A stretch of DNA of 64,000 bases from an uncultured Oscillospiraceae bacterium (GTDB taxonomy: Bacteria; Bacillota; Clostridia; Oscillospirales; Oscillospiraceae). Under the pieces are notes generated by a model. It searched no databases. It worked only from the letters and a program-made list of their open reading frames with translations, and was not told where the DNA came from. A program made the translations under genes and the position numbers. Positions 34,256 through 44,871 of the stretch are shown one piece after another. Each line of letters opens with the position of its first letter. Position 1 is the stretch's first letter. The stretch spans positions 17,660 to 81,659 of the forward strand of contig CANQUE010000003.1 of NCBI GenBank assembly GCA_947626905.1, read 5' to 3'.

Positions 34256-36253
34256 TTATTCTTCCGCGCTGTGGTCCTCCAATACGGCGCCCGCCCGGTA
34301 AGCCTCCAGCAGGTCCCGCAGATCACCGATCCGGCTCTGCAGGCGGCGGCCCTCGTCCGTTCCCGCCACCAGCATCCGCCGCTCCAGGTTGGATACCACC
34401 TGGCTCTTGGAGGTGATGTCGAAGTTTTCCTTGACCGCCTTCTCCTTTCCGGCGAAGGGCTGGTGGGCGATGATGCGCAGGCATTGGGAGTTGAAGGTGA
34501 GGGTATAGCCGGCGATGCCGCTGGTGGCCTGATAGGCCTTGCAGAAGCCGCCGTCGATGACGATCAGCTTCCCGCCGCACTTCACAGGGCTCTCTCCCTT
34601 CCCCGCCTTCACCGGCACGTGGCCGTTGATGATGTGGCTGTCCGGCCCCTCCAGGCCGAACTCCCGGAGGATGGCCTGACAGACGGCGGGATCGTTATAC
34701 AGGGCGTAATAGGGATTTTTCGGCTCCGCCCAGGCGGACTCGTCGGCAATGAGCCGACGCTCAAAGGTGGTCATCCGGTCCCGGCCGAAGATGGGGCTGT
34801 TGCGCCCGGCCCAGAGGAACCACAGAAAATCCATCTCCAGCTGCCGCTCCTTGGAGTCCAGGGGCAGATAATAGGCCCGGCGGGCGGCGGCGTCCGCCCA
34901 GTCCAGGAACTCCCGGCCCCGGCGGGCCTTGCCCCCCACGTTGAAGGTGAGAAAACCGCCGTCGGCATCCAGGGGGATGCAGCCGTGATATAGAAGGTTG
35001 CCGTTGTAGATCTTATAGAGGCTGCCCTTGGTATACAGGAACCGCACATGGCGCTGGAGCTTTTCGCTGTGCAAAAACGACGCGGTGAGCTGGTTGATGA
35101 CCGCGTCCTCCTCCGCCGTGAGGGCGTAGGGGTCCGCCCGGTCCACCGTGGGAAAATCGCAGTCCTCCAGGCGATACTTTTTCCCGTCGATCACCACGGA
35201 ACTGTCCGCATAGTCGATCTTGTCCAGCAGCAGCCGGTCGTTCATACCGTAGGAGGGGTGGCGCATGATCTTCTGCCCCTCCAGCTTGAACAGGATCACG
35301 GTGATGGCCTTGTGCATCCGGGCGGAGAGCAGCTTGTCCTTCTCCGAATACTGGGCGGCGCTGTCCCCGGTGAGCTTCACGGCGAAGCGGGACACATCGC
35401 ACTCCCGGTACACCTCGTTGGCGAACACGCTCAGCGGCCGCAGGGAAATGCCGTAGCCGGTCTCCACCACTTCCAGGTTGTTGTAGTGGATACAGTTGGC
35501 CAGCACCGTGGCCACCAGGGTCCGGGACCCGGAGGCGGCGCCCATCCAGAGGATGTCGTGGTTGCCCCACTGCACATCCACGCTGTGATGGGCCAGCAGG
35601 GAATCCATGATGATATCCGCCCGGGGGCCCCGGTCGAAGATATCCCCCACCAGGTGCAGCCGGTCCACGCTCAGCCGCTTGATCACGGTGCTGATGGCGG
35701 CGATCAGGGCGGGCGCCTGGCCCGTTTCGATGACGGAGGCGATGATGGTCTCAAAATAGCGGCGCTGATCCGGGTCCTCCCGGTGGGTCTGGAGCAGCTC
35801 CTCGATCACATAGGCGTGGTCTGCGGGCAGCGCCTGGCGCACCCTGGCCCGGGTATAGCGCACGGACACCAGCCGGCACAGCTCCACCAGCCGGTGGATG
35901 GCGATGGAACACCACTCGTCCATGTCCTCCACCTTTTTGCGCAGGTCCGCCAGTTTTTCCTCCGGGTAATAGATCACCGTGGCCAGCTCCTCCAGCTCCG
36001 CACGGGTCATGGCCGTGCCGAACAGGTCCCGGAGCTTTTCCTTCACCACCCCGGAGCAGGAGTTGAGCACATGCAAAAACGCCTCGTATTCCCCGTGCAC
36101 GTCGGAGATGAAGTGCTCGCATCCCTTGGGCAGCTCCAGCAGGGCCTGCAGGTGGGTGATCTCCCGGCTGGCGGCCTGGATGGTGGGGAATTGCTTTGCC
36201 AGCAGTCCCAGATAGCGCAGCTGTTCCCGGTCAAATTCTCGCTCGCCGGCCAT
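34256..36253 (-). CDS. fbp: fructose-1,6-bisphosphatase class 3
   Basis: 665 aa. LRYLGLLAKQFPTIQAASREITHLQALLELPKGCEHFISDVHGEYEAF matches the Firmicute-type FBPase III N-terminus and metallophosphatase motif. Confidence 0.9.
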   Translation of the reverse strand: MAGEREFDREQLRYLGLLAKQFPTIQAASREITHLQALLELPKGCEHFISDVHGEYEAFLHVLNSCSGVVKEKLRDLFGTAMTRAELEELATVIYYPEEKLADLRKKVEDMDEWCSIAIHRLVELCRLVSVRYTRARVRQALPADHAYVIEELLQTHREDPDQRRYFETIIASVIETGQAPALIAAISTVIKRLSVDRLHLVGDIFDRGPRADIIMDSLLAHHSVDVQWGNHDILWMGAASGSRTLVATVLANCIHYNNLEVVETGYGISLRPLSVFANEVYRECDVSRFAVKLTGDSAAQYSEKDKLLSARMHKAITVILFKLEGQKIMRHPSYGMNDRLLLDKIDYADSSVVIDGKKYRLEDCDFPTVDRADPYALTAEEDAVINQLTASFLHSEKLQRHVRFLYTKGSLYKIYNGNLLYHGCIPLDADGGFLTFNVGGKARRGREFLDWADAAARRAYYLPLDSKERQLEMDFLWFLWAGRNSPIFGRDRMTTFERRLIADESAWAEPKNPYYALYNDPAVCQAILREFGLEGPDSHIINGHVPVKAGKGESPVKCGGKLIVIDGGFCKAYQATSGIAGYTLTFNSQCLRIIAHQPFAGKEKAVKENFDITSKSQVVSNLERRMLVAGTDEGRRLQSRIGDLRDLLEAYRAGAVLEDHSAEE

Positions 36254-36296
36254 AGAACGGCCTCCTTTCTCTCCCCCGGTCCGACCCGGCGGACGC

Positions 36297-37523
36297 TCAG
36301 CCTCCGAACACGCTCAGGAAAAAGCCCGCGGCGATGGCGGAGCCGATGACTCCCGCCACGTTGGGGCCCATGGCGTGCATGAGCAGGTAGTTGGTCTTGT
36401 TGTATTTCCGGCCCACGTCCTGGCTCACCCGGGCCGCCATAGGCACCGCGGACACGCCGGCGGAGCCGATGAGCGGGTTGATCTTCCCGCCGCTGAGCCG
36501 GTACATCACCCGGCCGCCCAAAAGGCCGCCCGCCGTGGATACCGCGAAGGCCGCCAGGCCCAGAAACACGATCTTGATGGTGTCCAGGCTCAAAAACCGC
36601 TCCGCCACCATGGTGGCCCCTACGCTGGTGGCCAGGAAGATGGTCACGATGTTCATCAGGGCGTTCTGGGCCGTGTCGCTGAGCCGGTCGGTGACGCCGC
36701 ACTCCCGCAGCAGATTGCCCAGCATCAGGCAGCCGATCAGCGGCGCCGTGGAGGGCAGAAGCAGGATCACGAAGGCGCTCACCGCGATGGGGAAGATGAT
36801 CTTCTCCGTCTTAGAGACCTCCCGGCTCTGCTCCATTTTCACCTTTCGCATGGCCGGGGTGGTCATGAATTTCATGATGGGCGGCTGGATCATGGGGATC
36901 AGGGCCATGTAGGAATAGGCCGCGATGGCGATGGGGCCCAAAAGCCAGGGCGCCAGCTTGGTGGTCTGGAAAATGGCGGTGGGGCCGTCTGCGCCGCCGA
37001 TGATGCCGATGCAGGCCGCCTCCGGGCCGGTGAAGCCCAGCAGCACGGCCCCGAAGAAGGCCACGAACACCCCCAGCTGGGCCGCCGCGCCCAGCAGCAG
37101 GCTCTTGGGATTGGCCAGCAGAGGGCCGAAATCCGTCATGGCGCCCACTCCCAGGAAGATCAGGGAGGGGTATATCCCCGCCTTTACGCCGATATAAAAG
37201 ATATCCAGCAAGCCGCCCTCGTGGATGATGGTGGTGAAGGTGATGTTCTCGATGACCTCCCCCGCCGCGGTGGTATAGGGGGTGCCCGCCACATAGGCGT
37301 CCCACATGTCCAGGTGGTACAGCCCCGCCCCGGGCAGGTTGGTGAGAAGGCATCCAAAGGCAATGCCCACCAGCAGCAGCGGCTCGAACTTCTTCACGAT
37401 CCCCAGGTACAGCAGCACGCAGGCGATGGCGATCATGATGAGGTTCTTCCAGCCCCCCGCCGCCAGGAACCCGGCGAAGCCTGACTCAGAGGCCAGCTTG
37501 CCGAGGGTGTCCAGTATGTTCAT
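36297..37523 (-). CDS. oadB: Na+-translocating decarboxylase beta subunit (OadB/GcdB/MmdB family)
   Basis: 408-aa polytopic protein. NLIMIAIACVLLYLGIVKKFEPLLL...GAMTDFGPLLANP is typical of the family. Confidence 0.85.
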   Translation of the reverse strand: MNILDTLGKLASESGFAGFLAAGGWKNLIMIAIACVLLYLGIVKKFEPLLLVGIAFGCLLTNLPGAGLYHLDMWDAYVAGTPYTTAAGEVIENITFTTIIHEGGLLDIFYIGVKAGIYPSLIFLGVGAMTDFGPLLANPKSLLLGAAAQLGVFVAFFGAVLLGFTGPEAACIGIIGGADGPTAIFQTTKLAPWLLGPIAIAAYSYMALIPMIQPPIMKFMTTPAMRKVKMEQSREVSKTEKIIFPIAVSAFVILLLPSTAPLIGCLMLGNLLRECGVTDRLSDTAQNALMNIVTIFLATSVGATMVAERFLSLDTIKIVFLGLAAFAVSTAGGLLGGRVMYRLSGGKINPLIGSAGVSAVPMAARVSQDVGRKYNKTNYLLMHAMGPNVAGVIGSAIAAGFFLSVFGG

Positions 37524-37536
37524 CCCCGGTCCTCCC

Positions 37537-37932
37537 TCACGCGATGACCGCCAGAGTGGTCCCGGTCTCCACCACGGTCCCCTTGGTCACCAGGACCTGG
37601 GCCACGGAGCCGTCCTTGGGCGCCACGATCTCGTTTTCCATCTTCATGGCCTCCAGGACCATGATCGCCTCTCCCTCCCGGACCTGCTGGCCGGGGGTCA
37701 CCAGGACCTTCAGGATGTTGCCGGGCATAGGAGCGGTCACGGCCGTTCCGGCCACGGGGGCCGGAGCCGGGACGGCGGCCGCCACGGGGACAGGGGCCGC
37801 CGCAGGCGCGGGGGCCGGGGCGGCGGGGACAGGGGCCGGCGCATAGGCCTCGTACTCGTCCACCAGCATGGCCTTGTCGGTATCCACCTCCACCTCGTAG
37901 GTCCGGCCGTTGAGCGTCACTTTGTATTTCAT
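37537..37932 (-). CDS. stand-alone biotin carboxyl carrier protein of the decarboxylase
   Basis: 131 aa. Ala/Pro linker, then the biotinyl domain with EAMKMENEI. Confidence 0.85.
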   Translation of the reverse strand: MKYKVTLNGRTYEVEVDTDKAMLVDEYEAYAPAPVPAAPAPAPAAAPVPVAAAVPAPAPVAGTAVTAPMPGNILKVLVTPGQQVREGEAIMVLEAMKMENEIVAPKDGSVAQVLVTKGTVVETGTTLAVIA

Positions 37933-38285
37933 TTCTCCTCTACCTCCCTGATGGACCGGAACCGCAGCTCGTTGACGGGCCGGCCCAGCTTGTGGGCCAC
38001 GATGGCCATGACGAGCGCCGCGTCCCGCTCGGATACGTTATACAGTTTCAGCTGGCCTGCGGTACCCTTCGCGACGGGCCTTTCCGCAGGCGCGGGGGCC
38101 GGGACCTCCGGCACGGCAGGGGCGGGCGCCGCCTTCTTCCGGGAGGCCACCATGACCTTTCCCATGACGGCCACCACGGCCAGCAGCATCACCAGGCCCA
38201 AAAACACCACCGCGTAGCCCATCGCGGCCACTAGCCCCGCCGTTCCCACGGTGGGATGGAGCAGAGCTTCCGATAATCCTGTCAT
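37929..38285 (-). CDS. oadG: OadG-like small membrane subunit
   Basis: 118 aa. One N-terminal TM segment, an Ala/Pro-rich linker, and position between the alpha and biotin-carrier genes. Confidence 0.65.
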   Translation of the reverse strand: MTGLSEALLHPTVGTAGLVAAMGYAVVFLGLVMLLAVVAVMGKVMVASRKKAAPAPAVPEVPAPAPAERPVAKGTAGQLKLYNVSERDAALVMAIVAHKLGRPVNELRFRSIREVEEK

Positions 38286-38297
38286 CTTTGCGCCTCC

Positions 38298-39677
38298 TCA
38301 CATTTCCTCGATGGTGTATCGCACCACATTCTCCTCCGCGGCCTGACGGTCGGCAAAGAACTTCTCCGCCAGCTGGGGAAACGCGATGTAGCTGAGCACG
38401 TCCTCGTCGGAGCGGGCCGTATCCCCCAGCTGGGCCTTGGTCTTTTCAAAGGCCGGCTCCAGGGTGTCGGCGTACCGGCCGGTGAGGGGCTGCTCGTCCC
38501 CCAGGATCTGCTTCTGCACCGCCGGGTCGATGGGCGCCGGGGTCTTGCCGTACTCGCCCCGGCAGTAGGCCTTCACCTCGTTGGAGACCTTCTTGTACCG
38601 CTCGCCCTGGAGCACGTTGGTCACCGCCTGTACCCCCACCATCTGGCTGGTGGGCGTCACCAGGGGCGGATAGCCCAGGTCTTTGCGCACCCGGGGCGTT
38701 TCCGCCAGGGCCTCGTCCAGCCGGTCCAGGGCGTTCATGGCCTTGAGCTGGCTGAGAAGGTTGGACAGCATCCCCCCGGGCACCTGATAGGTCAGGCACT
38801 GGGTGTCCGTGGCCATGCTCTTGGGCATGAGCGTGCCGTCGGCGATGAAGCCGTCCCGGACAGGCTTGAAATAGTCCGCCACCGCTTTGAGCACGGCGTC
38901 GTCCAGGTCCACCTGATAGCCCAGCTGCCGCAGGGCGTAGGCCAGGGTGTCGGTGGACGCCTGAGAGGTGCCTCCGGAGAAGGGGGAGGTGGCCGTGTCG
39001 ATGATGTCCGCGCCCGCCTCCACGGATTTGAGCAGCGTCATGAACGCCAGGCCTGTGGTGCAGTGGGTGTGCACATCCACCGGCAGGTCCACCGCGTCCT
39101 TGATGGCGCTGACCAGGTCATAGGCCTCCTGGGGCCCCATGATGCCCGCCATATCTTTGATGCAGATGGTGCTGCAGCCCATGGCCGCCAGCTCCTTCAC
39201 CATCTTCACATAGTTTTTCAGCGTATGCACCGGCGAGGTGGTATAGCTGATGGCGCCGGAGGCCACGGCCCCCCGCTTCACCGTTTCCTCCACGGCCACC
39301 TTCAGGTTGTCCGTGTCGTTGAGGGCGTCGAAGATGCGGATGATGTCAATGCCGTTTTTCACGGAGTGCTCCACGAATTTGCGCACCACATCGTCCGGAT
39401 AGTGTTTGTAGCCCAGGATGTTCTGGCCCCGCAGGAGCATCTGCAGCTTGGTATTGGGCATTTTGGCCCGGATCTTCCGGAGCCGCTCCCAGGGGTCCTC
39501 GTTCAAATACCGCAGGCACACGTCGAAGGTAGCGCCGCCCCAGCACTCCACGGCGTAATAACCCGCCTTGTCCATGGTCTCCAAAATGGGCTCAAATTTG
39601 GCATAGGGCAGCCGGGTCGCCATCAGCGACTGGTTGGCGTCCCGCAATACCGTTTCCACAAATTGCACGCGCTGCAC
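38298..39677 (-). CDS. oadA: oxaloacetate decarboxylase alpha subunit, carboxyltransferase domain (no fused biotin domain)
   Basis: 459 aa. VETVLRDANQSLMATRL...ECWGGATFD...LLRGQNILGYKHYPDDVV is the PYC_OADA/HMGL-like signature. GTG start. Confidence 0.85.
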   Translation of the reverse strand: MQRVQFVETVLRDANQSLMATRLPYAKFEPILETMDKAGYYAVECWGGATFDVCLRYLNEDPWERLRKIRAKMPNTKLQMLLRGQNILGYKHYPDDVVRKFVEHSVKNGIDIIRIFDALNDTDNLKVAVEETVKRGAVASGAISYTTSPVHTLKNYVKMVKELAAMGCSTICIKDMAGIMGPQEAYDLVSAIKDAVDLPVDVHTHCTTGLAFMTLLKSVEAGADIIDTATSPFSGGTSQASTDTLAYALRQLGYQVDLDDAVLKAVADYFKPVRDGFIADGTLMPKSMATDTQCLTYQVPGGMLSNLLSQLKAMNALDRLDEALAETPRVRKDLGYPPLVTPTSQMVGVQAVTNVLQGERYKKVSNEVKAYCRGEYGKTPAPIDPAVQKQILGDEQPLTGRYADTLEPAFEKTKAQLGDTARSDEDVLSYIAFPQLAEKFFADRQAAEENVVRYTIEEM

Positions 39678-39753
39678 GATGATTCAAACCTCCCTTTCGA
39701 TTTCCGCCGGGCGGCAGCGCCGGCGGCTGCGATCCTGCCGGACTGTTTCCGGC

Positions 39754-41439
39754 TTATTTCAGCTTGAGAGAATACGCCTCCAGGATGGCCGGGCTCTGAT
39801 CCTGCTCCGGTACGGCGTGGGACACGGTCACCGTGTCCCCCACGTCCAGCACGATCACGTTCCGGTCCTGGGCGGCGGAGAGGGCGTAAAACACATCCTC
39901 CCCCTCCAGACGGATATAGTACCAGCTGGTGCCGTCCAGCACCGCCGTGCGGATCTCCGCCACCGTGCCCTGGCTCTCCTCCTGGGTGTCGGGCAGATCC
40001 GTGTCATGGACCACCCCCCGGTCGGCCAGCATGGCCACATAGGTCCGCTCGCAGTCCGCCACGGTGGCCCCGGTGGCCACGATCTGATACTGGGCCACGT
40101 TCACCATGGCGTAGCTCTTCACCAGGTTGGTGGCGTCCATCAGGGGGATGAAATAGGAGGGCTGGCCGGAGATGTTCAGCAGCAGCGGGAAGGTGGACAC
40201 ATAGCCCAGGTCCTGGACCACGCCCTCGGCGGAGGCCCGGGCGGCGGCCTCGGTGGCGCCGGGGGCCACATAGTATTTGGTTTCCTTGGTGCGCATGTTG
40301 CACAGCAGGAAGCCCAGGTTGGACTGGTCCGCGTTGGCGCTGGTCACGCCGGTATACACATATACGTCGTCGTTCATGGCGATGTAGTTGTACCCGTCGG
40401 TGGTCATGGTCACGTCCCGCTGGCCCAGGATGGAGTTGATGAAGCCGTTGACCAGGGTGCCGTGATAATCGTACTGCTCCATGATGAGGGCGGGGGTATA
40501 CAGAGTGTCCACCCAGGTGGGCACCGTTTCATAGTACTGGCTCTCGCCGGTGACCGCGTCCAGCAGCACCGCCCCCTGGATATCCCGGCCGCCGAACAGG
40601 CCGATGGTCTTCACCAGCCGGGGCGCCACCCACCAGGGATGGCCGTCCTCGTCGATCTCAAATTCCGGCTGGGAGAACATCATGGTGGGATACTGGAACC
40701 GGAGGTGGCGCATCACGTTCCGGTTCAGCGGTTCGGAAAAGGAATACTTCATCCCCTCCGTCAGCCGCACCACCTGGGCCTGCTGGGTCACCATGTCCAC
40801 CACCACATAGGCGGGCAGGCCGCCCTTGCGGTTGGTGAGCCACTTGAACAGATCCGCGTACCCGATGGGGGCTACCCGCACGGGCCGGCCCTGGTAGTTG
40901 ATCTGGGTGGAGTCGTTGGAATATTCAAACTGACTGACCATGTCGGAGAGGGTGCCCATCTGCCGGTCCCCCAGGTAGTTGGCGCTGGTCCGGTCCAGAG
41001 TGGGGATCTCGCTGAAGGAGATTTGGGCCACATCCTGGGCGAAGTCCCCGGTCTGCACGTCCAGCAGCTGGCGGTAAGCTCCCGCCCGGAACATGGGCAG
41101 GGAGATGAGCTTGCCCACCACGGCGGACGCCAGCACCAGCGCCAGCAGGATGCCCACAGGCAGGCAGTTTTTCTTTACGAACGAGATGCCGTCCCGCACC
41201 TTCTGCTGGGGCGTGCGGACCTCCCTGGCCCGCTCCCGGACGGTGGTCAGCGCCACGCAGGCGATATACACCGCGCACAGGAAGATCAGGAACACATAGA
41301 ACTCCCCGTCCTGGAAGTTGACGGCTGGCAGCGCCAGATAGAAGTACAGGAACCCCGCCAGGGCGGTGATCACAAGGCAGAACAGGGTCTGGCCCAGCCG
41401 GCCCTTGGGCAGACGGAGCTTTCGCTTCTTTTCCTCCAT
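39754..41439 (-). CDS. conserved membrane-anchored protein with a large extracytoplasmic domain, function unknown
   Basis: 561 aa with three N-terminal hydrophobic segments. AGGAGG RBS. No family recognised. Confidence 0.7.
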   Translation of the reverse strand: MEEKKRKLRLPKGRLGQTLFCLVITALAGFLYFYLALPAVNFQDGEFYVFLIFLCAVYIACVALTTVRERAREVRTPQQKVRDGISFVKKNCLPVGILLALVLASAVVGKLISLPMFRAGAYRQLLDVQTGDFAQDVAQISFSEIPTLDRTSANYLGDRQMGTLSDMVSQFEYSNDSTQINYQGRPVRVAPIGYADLFKWLTNRKGGLPAYVVVDMVTQQAQVVRLTEGMKYSFSEPLNRNVMRHLRFQYPTMMFSQPEFEIDEDGHPWWVAPRLVKTIGLFGGRDIQGAVLLDAVTGESQYYETVPTWVDTLYTPALIMEQYDYHGTLVNGFINSILGQRDVTMTTDGYNYIAMNDDVYVYTGVTSANADQSNLGFLLCNMRTKETKYYVAPGATEAAARASAEGVVQDLGYVSTFPLLLNISGQPSYFIPLMDATNLVKSYAMVNVAQYQIVATGATVADCERTYVAMLADRGVVHDTDLPDTQEESQGTVAEIRTAVLDGTSWYYIRLEGEDVFYALSAAQDRNVIVLDVGDTVTVSHAVPEQDQSPAILEAYSLKLK

Positions 41440-41646
41440 AGCCGTTCCTCCTGAAAAATCAAAATAAAACTTATTCTAATAATAAGTGTATCATATCACA
41501 TTTGCCACCCCATTACAACCGCGGCACGGGGCAAAAAAGGATCTTTCTTCCCCTGCGGCCTTGACGGCGGGGAAGCCTTGTTATATCCTGTTGACAGGGT
41601 CCGGTCTGCCCGGGTCCTGCCACTCACGTTTTGGGAGGTATGGATC

Positions 41647-42312
41647 ATGCCTGTGTTTATACTGATCCTGGAGATCATCGGTACGGCTGCCTTCGCGGTA
41701 TCCGGAGCGCTGCTGGCGGCGAGAAAGCGGATGGACATCTTCGGCGTGTGCACCATGGGCCTTGTGGCCGCCTGCGGCGGCGGCGTGGTCCGGGACATAC
41801 TGCTGGGGCGGCTGCCTCCCATGATGTTCCGCACCCCAATATACGCCGTGATCGCGGTGGTGATGTCGGCGCTGGTGTTCACCTCCCGGGTGCACCGGCT
41901 GCTGGAGAAAAGAGAGCGGCTGTATGAGTACGCCATGCTGTACGCCGATGCGCTGGGCCTGGGCATTTTCACCGCGGTGGGCGTCACCGCCGCCGTGGAG
42001 ATGGGATATGGGGACAGCTTCTTTTTCTCCGTGTTCCTGGGGGTGATCACCGGCGTGGGCGGCGGTGTGATGCGGGACATCATGGCCCAGGTCCCGCCCT
42101 ACATATTCGTCAAGCATATCTACGCCTGCGCCTCCCTGGTAGGGGCCATGCTGTGCGTGTGGCTGTGGCCGCTGGTGGGCGAGATGGCGGCCGTGCTCGT
42201 CTGCTGCGGAACGGTGACCGTCATACGGCTGTTGGCCGCCCATTACCACTGGAGCCTGCCCAAGGCCGCGTACGAAGGCGGTCTGGGCATGGACAGCGAG
42301 GACGACGAGTGA
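41647..42312 (+). CDS. trimeric intracellular cation channel (TRIC/UPF0126, YadS-like) membrane protein
   Basis: 221 aa from ATG 41647 with GGGAGG RBS. Duplicated motif GTAAFAVSGAL...GGGVVRD and GIFTAVGV...GGGVMRD. Confidence 0.8.
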   Translation: MPVFILILEIIGTAAFAVSGALLAARKRMDIFGVCTMGLVAACGGGVVRDILLGRLPPMMFRTPIYAVIAVVMSALVFTSRVHRLLEKRERLYEYAMLYADALGLGIFTAVGVTAAVEMGYGDSFFFSVFLGVITGVGGGVMRDIMAQVPPYIFVKHIYACASLVGAMLCVWLWPLVGEMAAVLVCCGTVTVIRLLAAHYHWSLPKAAYEGGLGMDSEDDE

Positions 42313-42422
42313 CTCCCTGCGCCGGGGCCGCCGGGAGAAAACTTTCCCGGGCGGGTTGCCAACAGGCAAGAATTGGTATACAATGATCCCATTCCCGATC
42401 CCATCCAAAGGAGAAGCAAACC

Positions 42423-43937
42423 ATGAACAAGATCCTCAGGCGCGTATTCACTGTGATCCCGGCCGTGGCGCTGCAGCTGGTATGGCTGCGCCTGCTGATG
42501 ACCTGGCTGGCCCCCTGGGCGGGCCTCATCGGCCTGGCGCTGTCCGTGCTGTCGTTTCTGCTGGTGCTGTACATCATCACCAAGCGGGACGAGGGGACCT
42601 ATAAGATCATCTGGCTTCTCCTGGTCCTCACCTTCCCCCTCCCGGGGGCGCTTTTATACCTCATTTTCGGCAACAAGCGCACCACCCGTCCCCTGCAAAA
42701 AAAGCTGGCCCAGGCAATGCCCCTGCCCCCCGTCCGGGACGCCAGCGCCCCGCTCTATGAGGCGCTGGAGGCGGAGAACAAGCGCCTGGCCCAGACCTTC
42801 CGCTCCGTCCAGGCCATGACGGGTTTTATCCCCCATGCCAACCTGGCGGCGGATTACTACCCCCTGGGGGACGACATGTTCCCAGTGATGCTCGCGGAGC
42901 TGGAGAAGGCGGAAAAATTCATCTTCGTGGAATACTTCATCGTCCAGGACGGCCTGATGTGGGACTCCATCACGGAGATCCTGGCCCGGAAAGCCGCCCA
43001 GGGCGTGGATGTGCGGGTGCTGTACGACGATCTGGGCAGCATCGGCACCTACTCCAACGCCAACGCCCAGCGGCTGCGCCAAAAGGGCATCCGCATCGCC
43101 GCCTTCAACCCCCTGGTGTTCATCAAGGGCACCCTCAACTGCCGGGACCACCGGAAGATGCTCATCATCGACGGGAAGGTGGCTTTTTCCGGGGGCGTGA
43201 ACCTGGCGGACGAGTACATCAACCACATCCAGCGCTTCGGCCACTGGAAGGACATCGGCTTTCGCATCGCCGGCCCGGCGGTGGACAACTATACCCGCAT
43301 GTTCGCCGCGTTCTGGAACGCCTTCGCGGACGCGCCGCTGCCGGCGGGATACCTGCTCCCGCCGGAGAGCCCGGCGGAGCCCGGCGAGCCGGACGGACTG
43401 GTGCTCAGCTATTACGACTCCCCCCTCGGCCCCGACGCGGTGAGCAACGAGCTGTTCATCGACCTGCTCGGCCAGGCGAAGGAATCCGCCTGGTTTTACA
43501 CCCCCTATCTCATGCCCGGGGACGCGCTGCTGGACGCCTTCGTCCGGGCGGCCCGCCGGGGCGTGGACGTGCGGATCATCATGCCCGGCATCCCGGACAA
43601 AAAGCTGGTCTACCGCATGGGCCGCAGCTTCTATCCCGTGCTTTTGGAGGCGGGGGTGAAGATCTACGAGTATACCCCCGGCTTTGTCCACGCCAAGGCC
43701 AGTCTGATCGACGGCGTGGCCGGCACGGTGGGCACGGTGAACCTGGATTACAGGAGCCTGTTTTTGCACTTTGAGAACAACTCCCTCTTCTATAAGGCGT
43801 CCCTGCTGGACAGCCTGCGGGCCGACTTTCTCGCCACCCAGGCCCAGTGCCGCCAGCGGACGCTGGACAACATCGACAAGGGCTTCTGGCACTGGCTGGT
43901 AGACGGCGTGCTGCGCATCTTCGCGCCCCTGTGCTGA
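42423..43937 (+). CDS. cls: cardiolipin synthase
   Basis: 504 aa. Two N-terminal TM segments and two HKD motifs (HRKMLIIDGKVAFSGGVNL and HAKASLIDGVAGTVGTVNL). Confidence 0.9.
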   Translation: MNKILRRVFTVIPAVALQLVWLRLLMTWLAPWAGLIGLALSVLSFLLVLYIITKRDEGTYKIIWLLLVLTFPLPGALLYLIFGNKRTTRPLQKKLAQAMPLPPVRDASAPLYEALEAENKRLAQTFRSVQAMTGFIPHANLAADYYPLGDDMFPVMLAELEKAEKFIFVEYFIVQDGLMWDSITEILARKAAQGVDVRVLYDDLGSIGTYSNANAQRLRQKGIRIAAFNPLVFIKGTLNCRDHRKMLIIDGKVAFSGGVNLADEYINHIQRFGHWKDIGFRIAGPAVDNYTRMFAAFWNAFADAPLPAGYLLPPESPAEPGEPDGLVLSYYDSPLGPDAVSNELFIDLLGQAKESAWFYTPYLMPGDALLDAFVRAARRGVDVRIIMPGIPDKKLVYRMGRSFYPVLLEAGVKIYEYTPGFVHAKASLIDGVAGTVGTVNLDYRSLFLHFENNSLFYKASLLDSLRADFLATQAQCRQRTLDNIDKGFWHWLVDGVLRIFAPLC

Positions 43938-43991
43938 CAATATTATGTAAACTTTCTGAATGGCAGACTCCCGCGGGAGAGAGGAAGGACT

Positions 43992-44774
43992 ATGGATCTG
44001 TTTTTGACGCTGGCGTTTTTGTTTTTTATCGGTTCGGTATGCGGATGGGTGCTGGAGCTGTTTTTCCGGCGATTCATCTCCGCCGCCAATCCGGAGCGAA
44101 AATGGATCAACCCCGGCTTCTGCACGGGGCCCTATGTGCCGCTGTACGGCTTCGGCCTGTGCATCCTGTTTTTGATCGCCAGCCTGGAGGACACCGGCTG
44201 GATCTCCGATCCCTTTCTGGAAAAGGCCCTGCTGTTTTTGTGGATGGCGGTATGCATGACGGCCATCGAATATATCGCGGGAATTCTGATGATCCGGGTG
44301 GCCAAGGTGCGCCTGTGGGACTACAGCGACGAGTGGGGCAACATCCAGGGGATCATCTGTCCCAAGTTCTCTTTCTTCTGGGCCGTGTTGGGGGCGGCGT
44401 ATTACTTCCTCATCCACCCTCACATCCTGGGCGCCCTCCACTGGCTGGCCCAAAACCTGGCCTTCTCCTTTGTGATCGGCATGTTCTACGGGATATTCCT
44501 GATCGACCTGTGTCACTCCGTGAACCTCACGGCCAAGCTGAAGGCCTTCGCCGAGGAGAACGACGTGATCATCCGCTACGAGAACCTGAAGGCCCATCTG
44601 CGCTCCGTCCAGGAGCGCAGCGCCCAGAAGTACCGCTTCTTCCGGCCGTTCCACGGTCATATGCCTCTCACCGACCACCTGCGGGAGCGGATGGAGCAGA
44701 TGGAGCAGGCCATCCGGGAGGGAAAGGATCTGGTCTTCCTGCCCCGGCACACAAAAAATCGGCCCGGGAAATGA
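43992..44774 (+). CDS. polytopic membrane protein (putative ABC-transporter type IV / DUF1113-like)
   Basis: 260 aa; FFIGSVCGWVLELFFRRF...PGFCTGPYVPLYGFG... The family call is from memory. Confidence 0.6.
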   Translation: MDLFLTLAFLFFIGSVCGWVLELFFRRFISAANPERKWINPGFCTGPYVPLYGFGLCILFLIASLEDTGWISDPFLEKALLFLWMAVCMTAIEYIAGILMIRVAKVRLWDYSDEWGNIQGIICPKFSFFWAVLGAAYYFLIHPHILGALHWLAQNLAFSFVIGMFYGIFLIDLCHSVNLTAKLKAFAEENDVIIRYENLKAHLRSVQERSAQKYRFFRPFHGHMPLTDHLRERMEQMEQAIREGKDLVFLPRHTKNRPGK

Positions 44775-44782
44775 CCTTACCG

Positions 44783-44811
44783 CAAAAAAGAAACGCGCCT
44801 TTCGGCGCGTT
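44783..44811 (-). terminator. terminator downstream of the radical SAM operon
   Basis: Hairpin AACGCGCC-TTTC-GGCGCGTT, followed on the minus strand by CTTTTTTGCG. A second hairpin (GGCCGCCGGTCA...TGACCGGCGGCC) lies at 44833-44866. Confidence 0.6.
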
Positions 44812-44871
44812 CTCATAAGACAGCACGACATGCTGAGGCCGCCGGTCAACTCTGACCGGCGGCCTTCCATA

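Noticed and set aside
41440-41646. Possible glycine riboswitch upstream of the TRIC/UPF0126 membrane protein gene
   Set aside because: Only a vague CACGGGGCAA-like string is present. The paired conserved cores of a glycine riboswitch are not visible.
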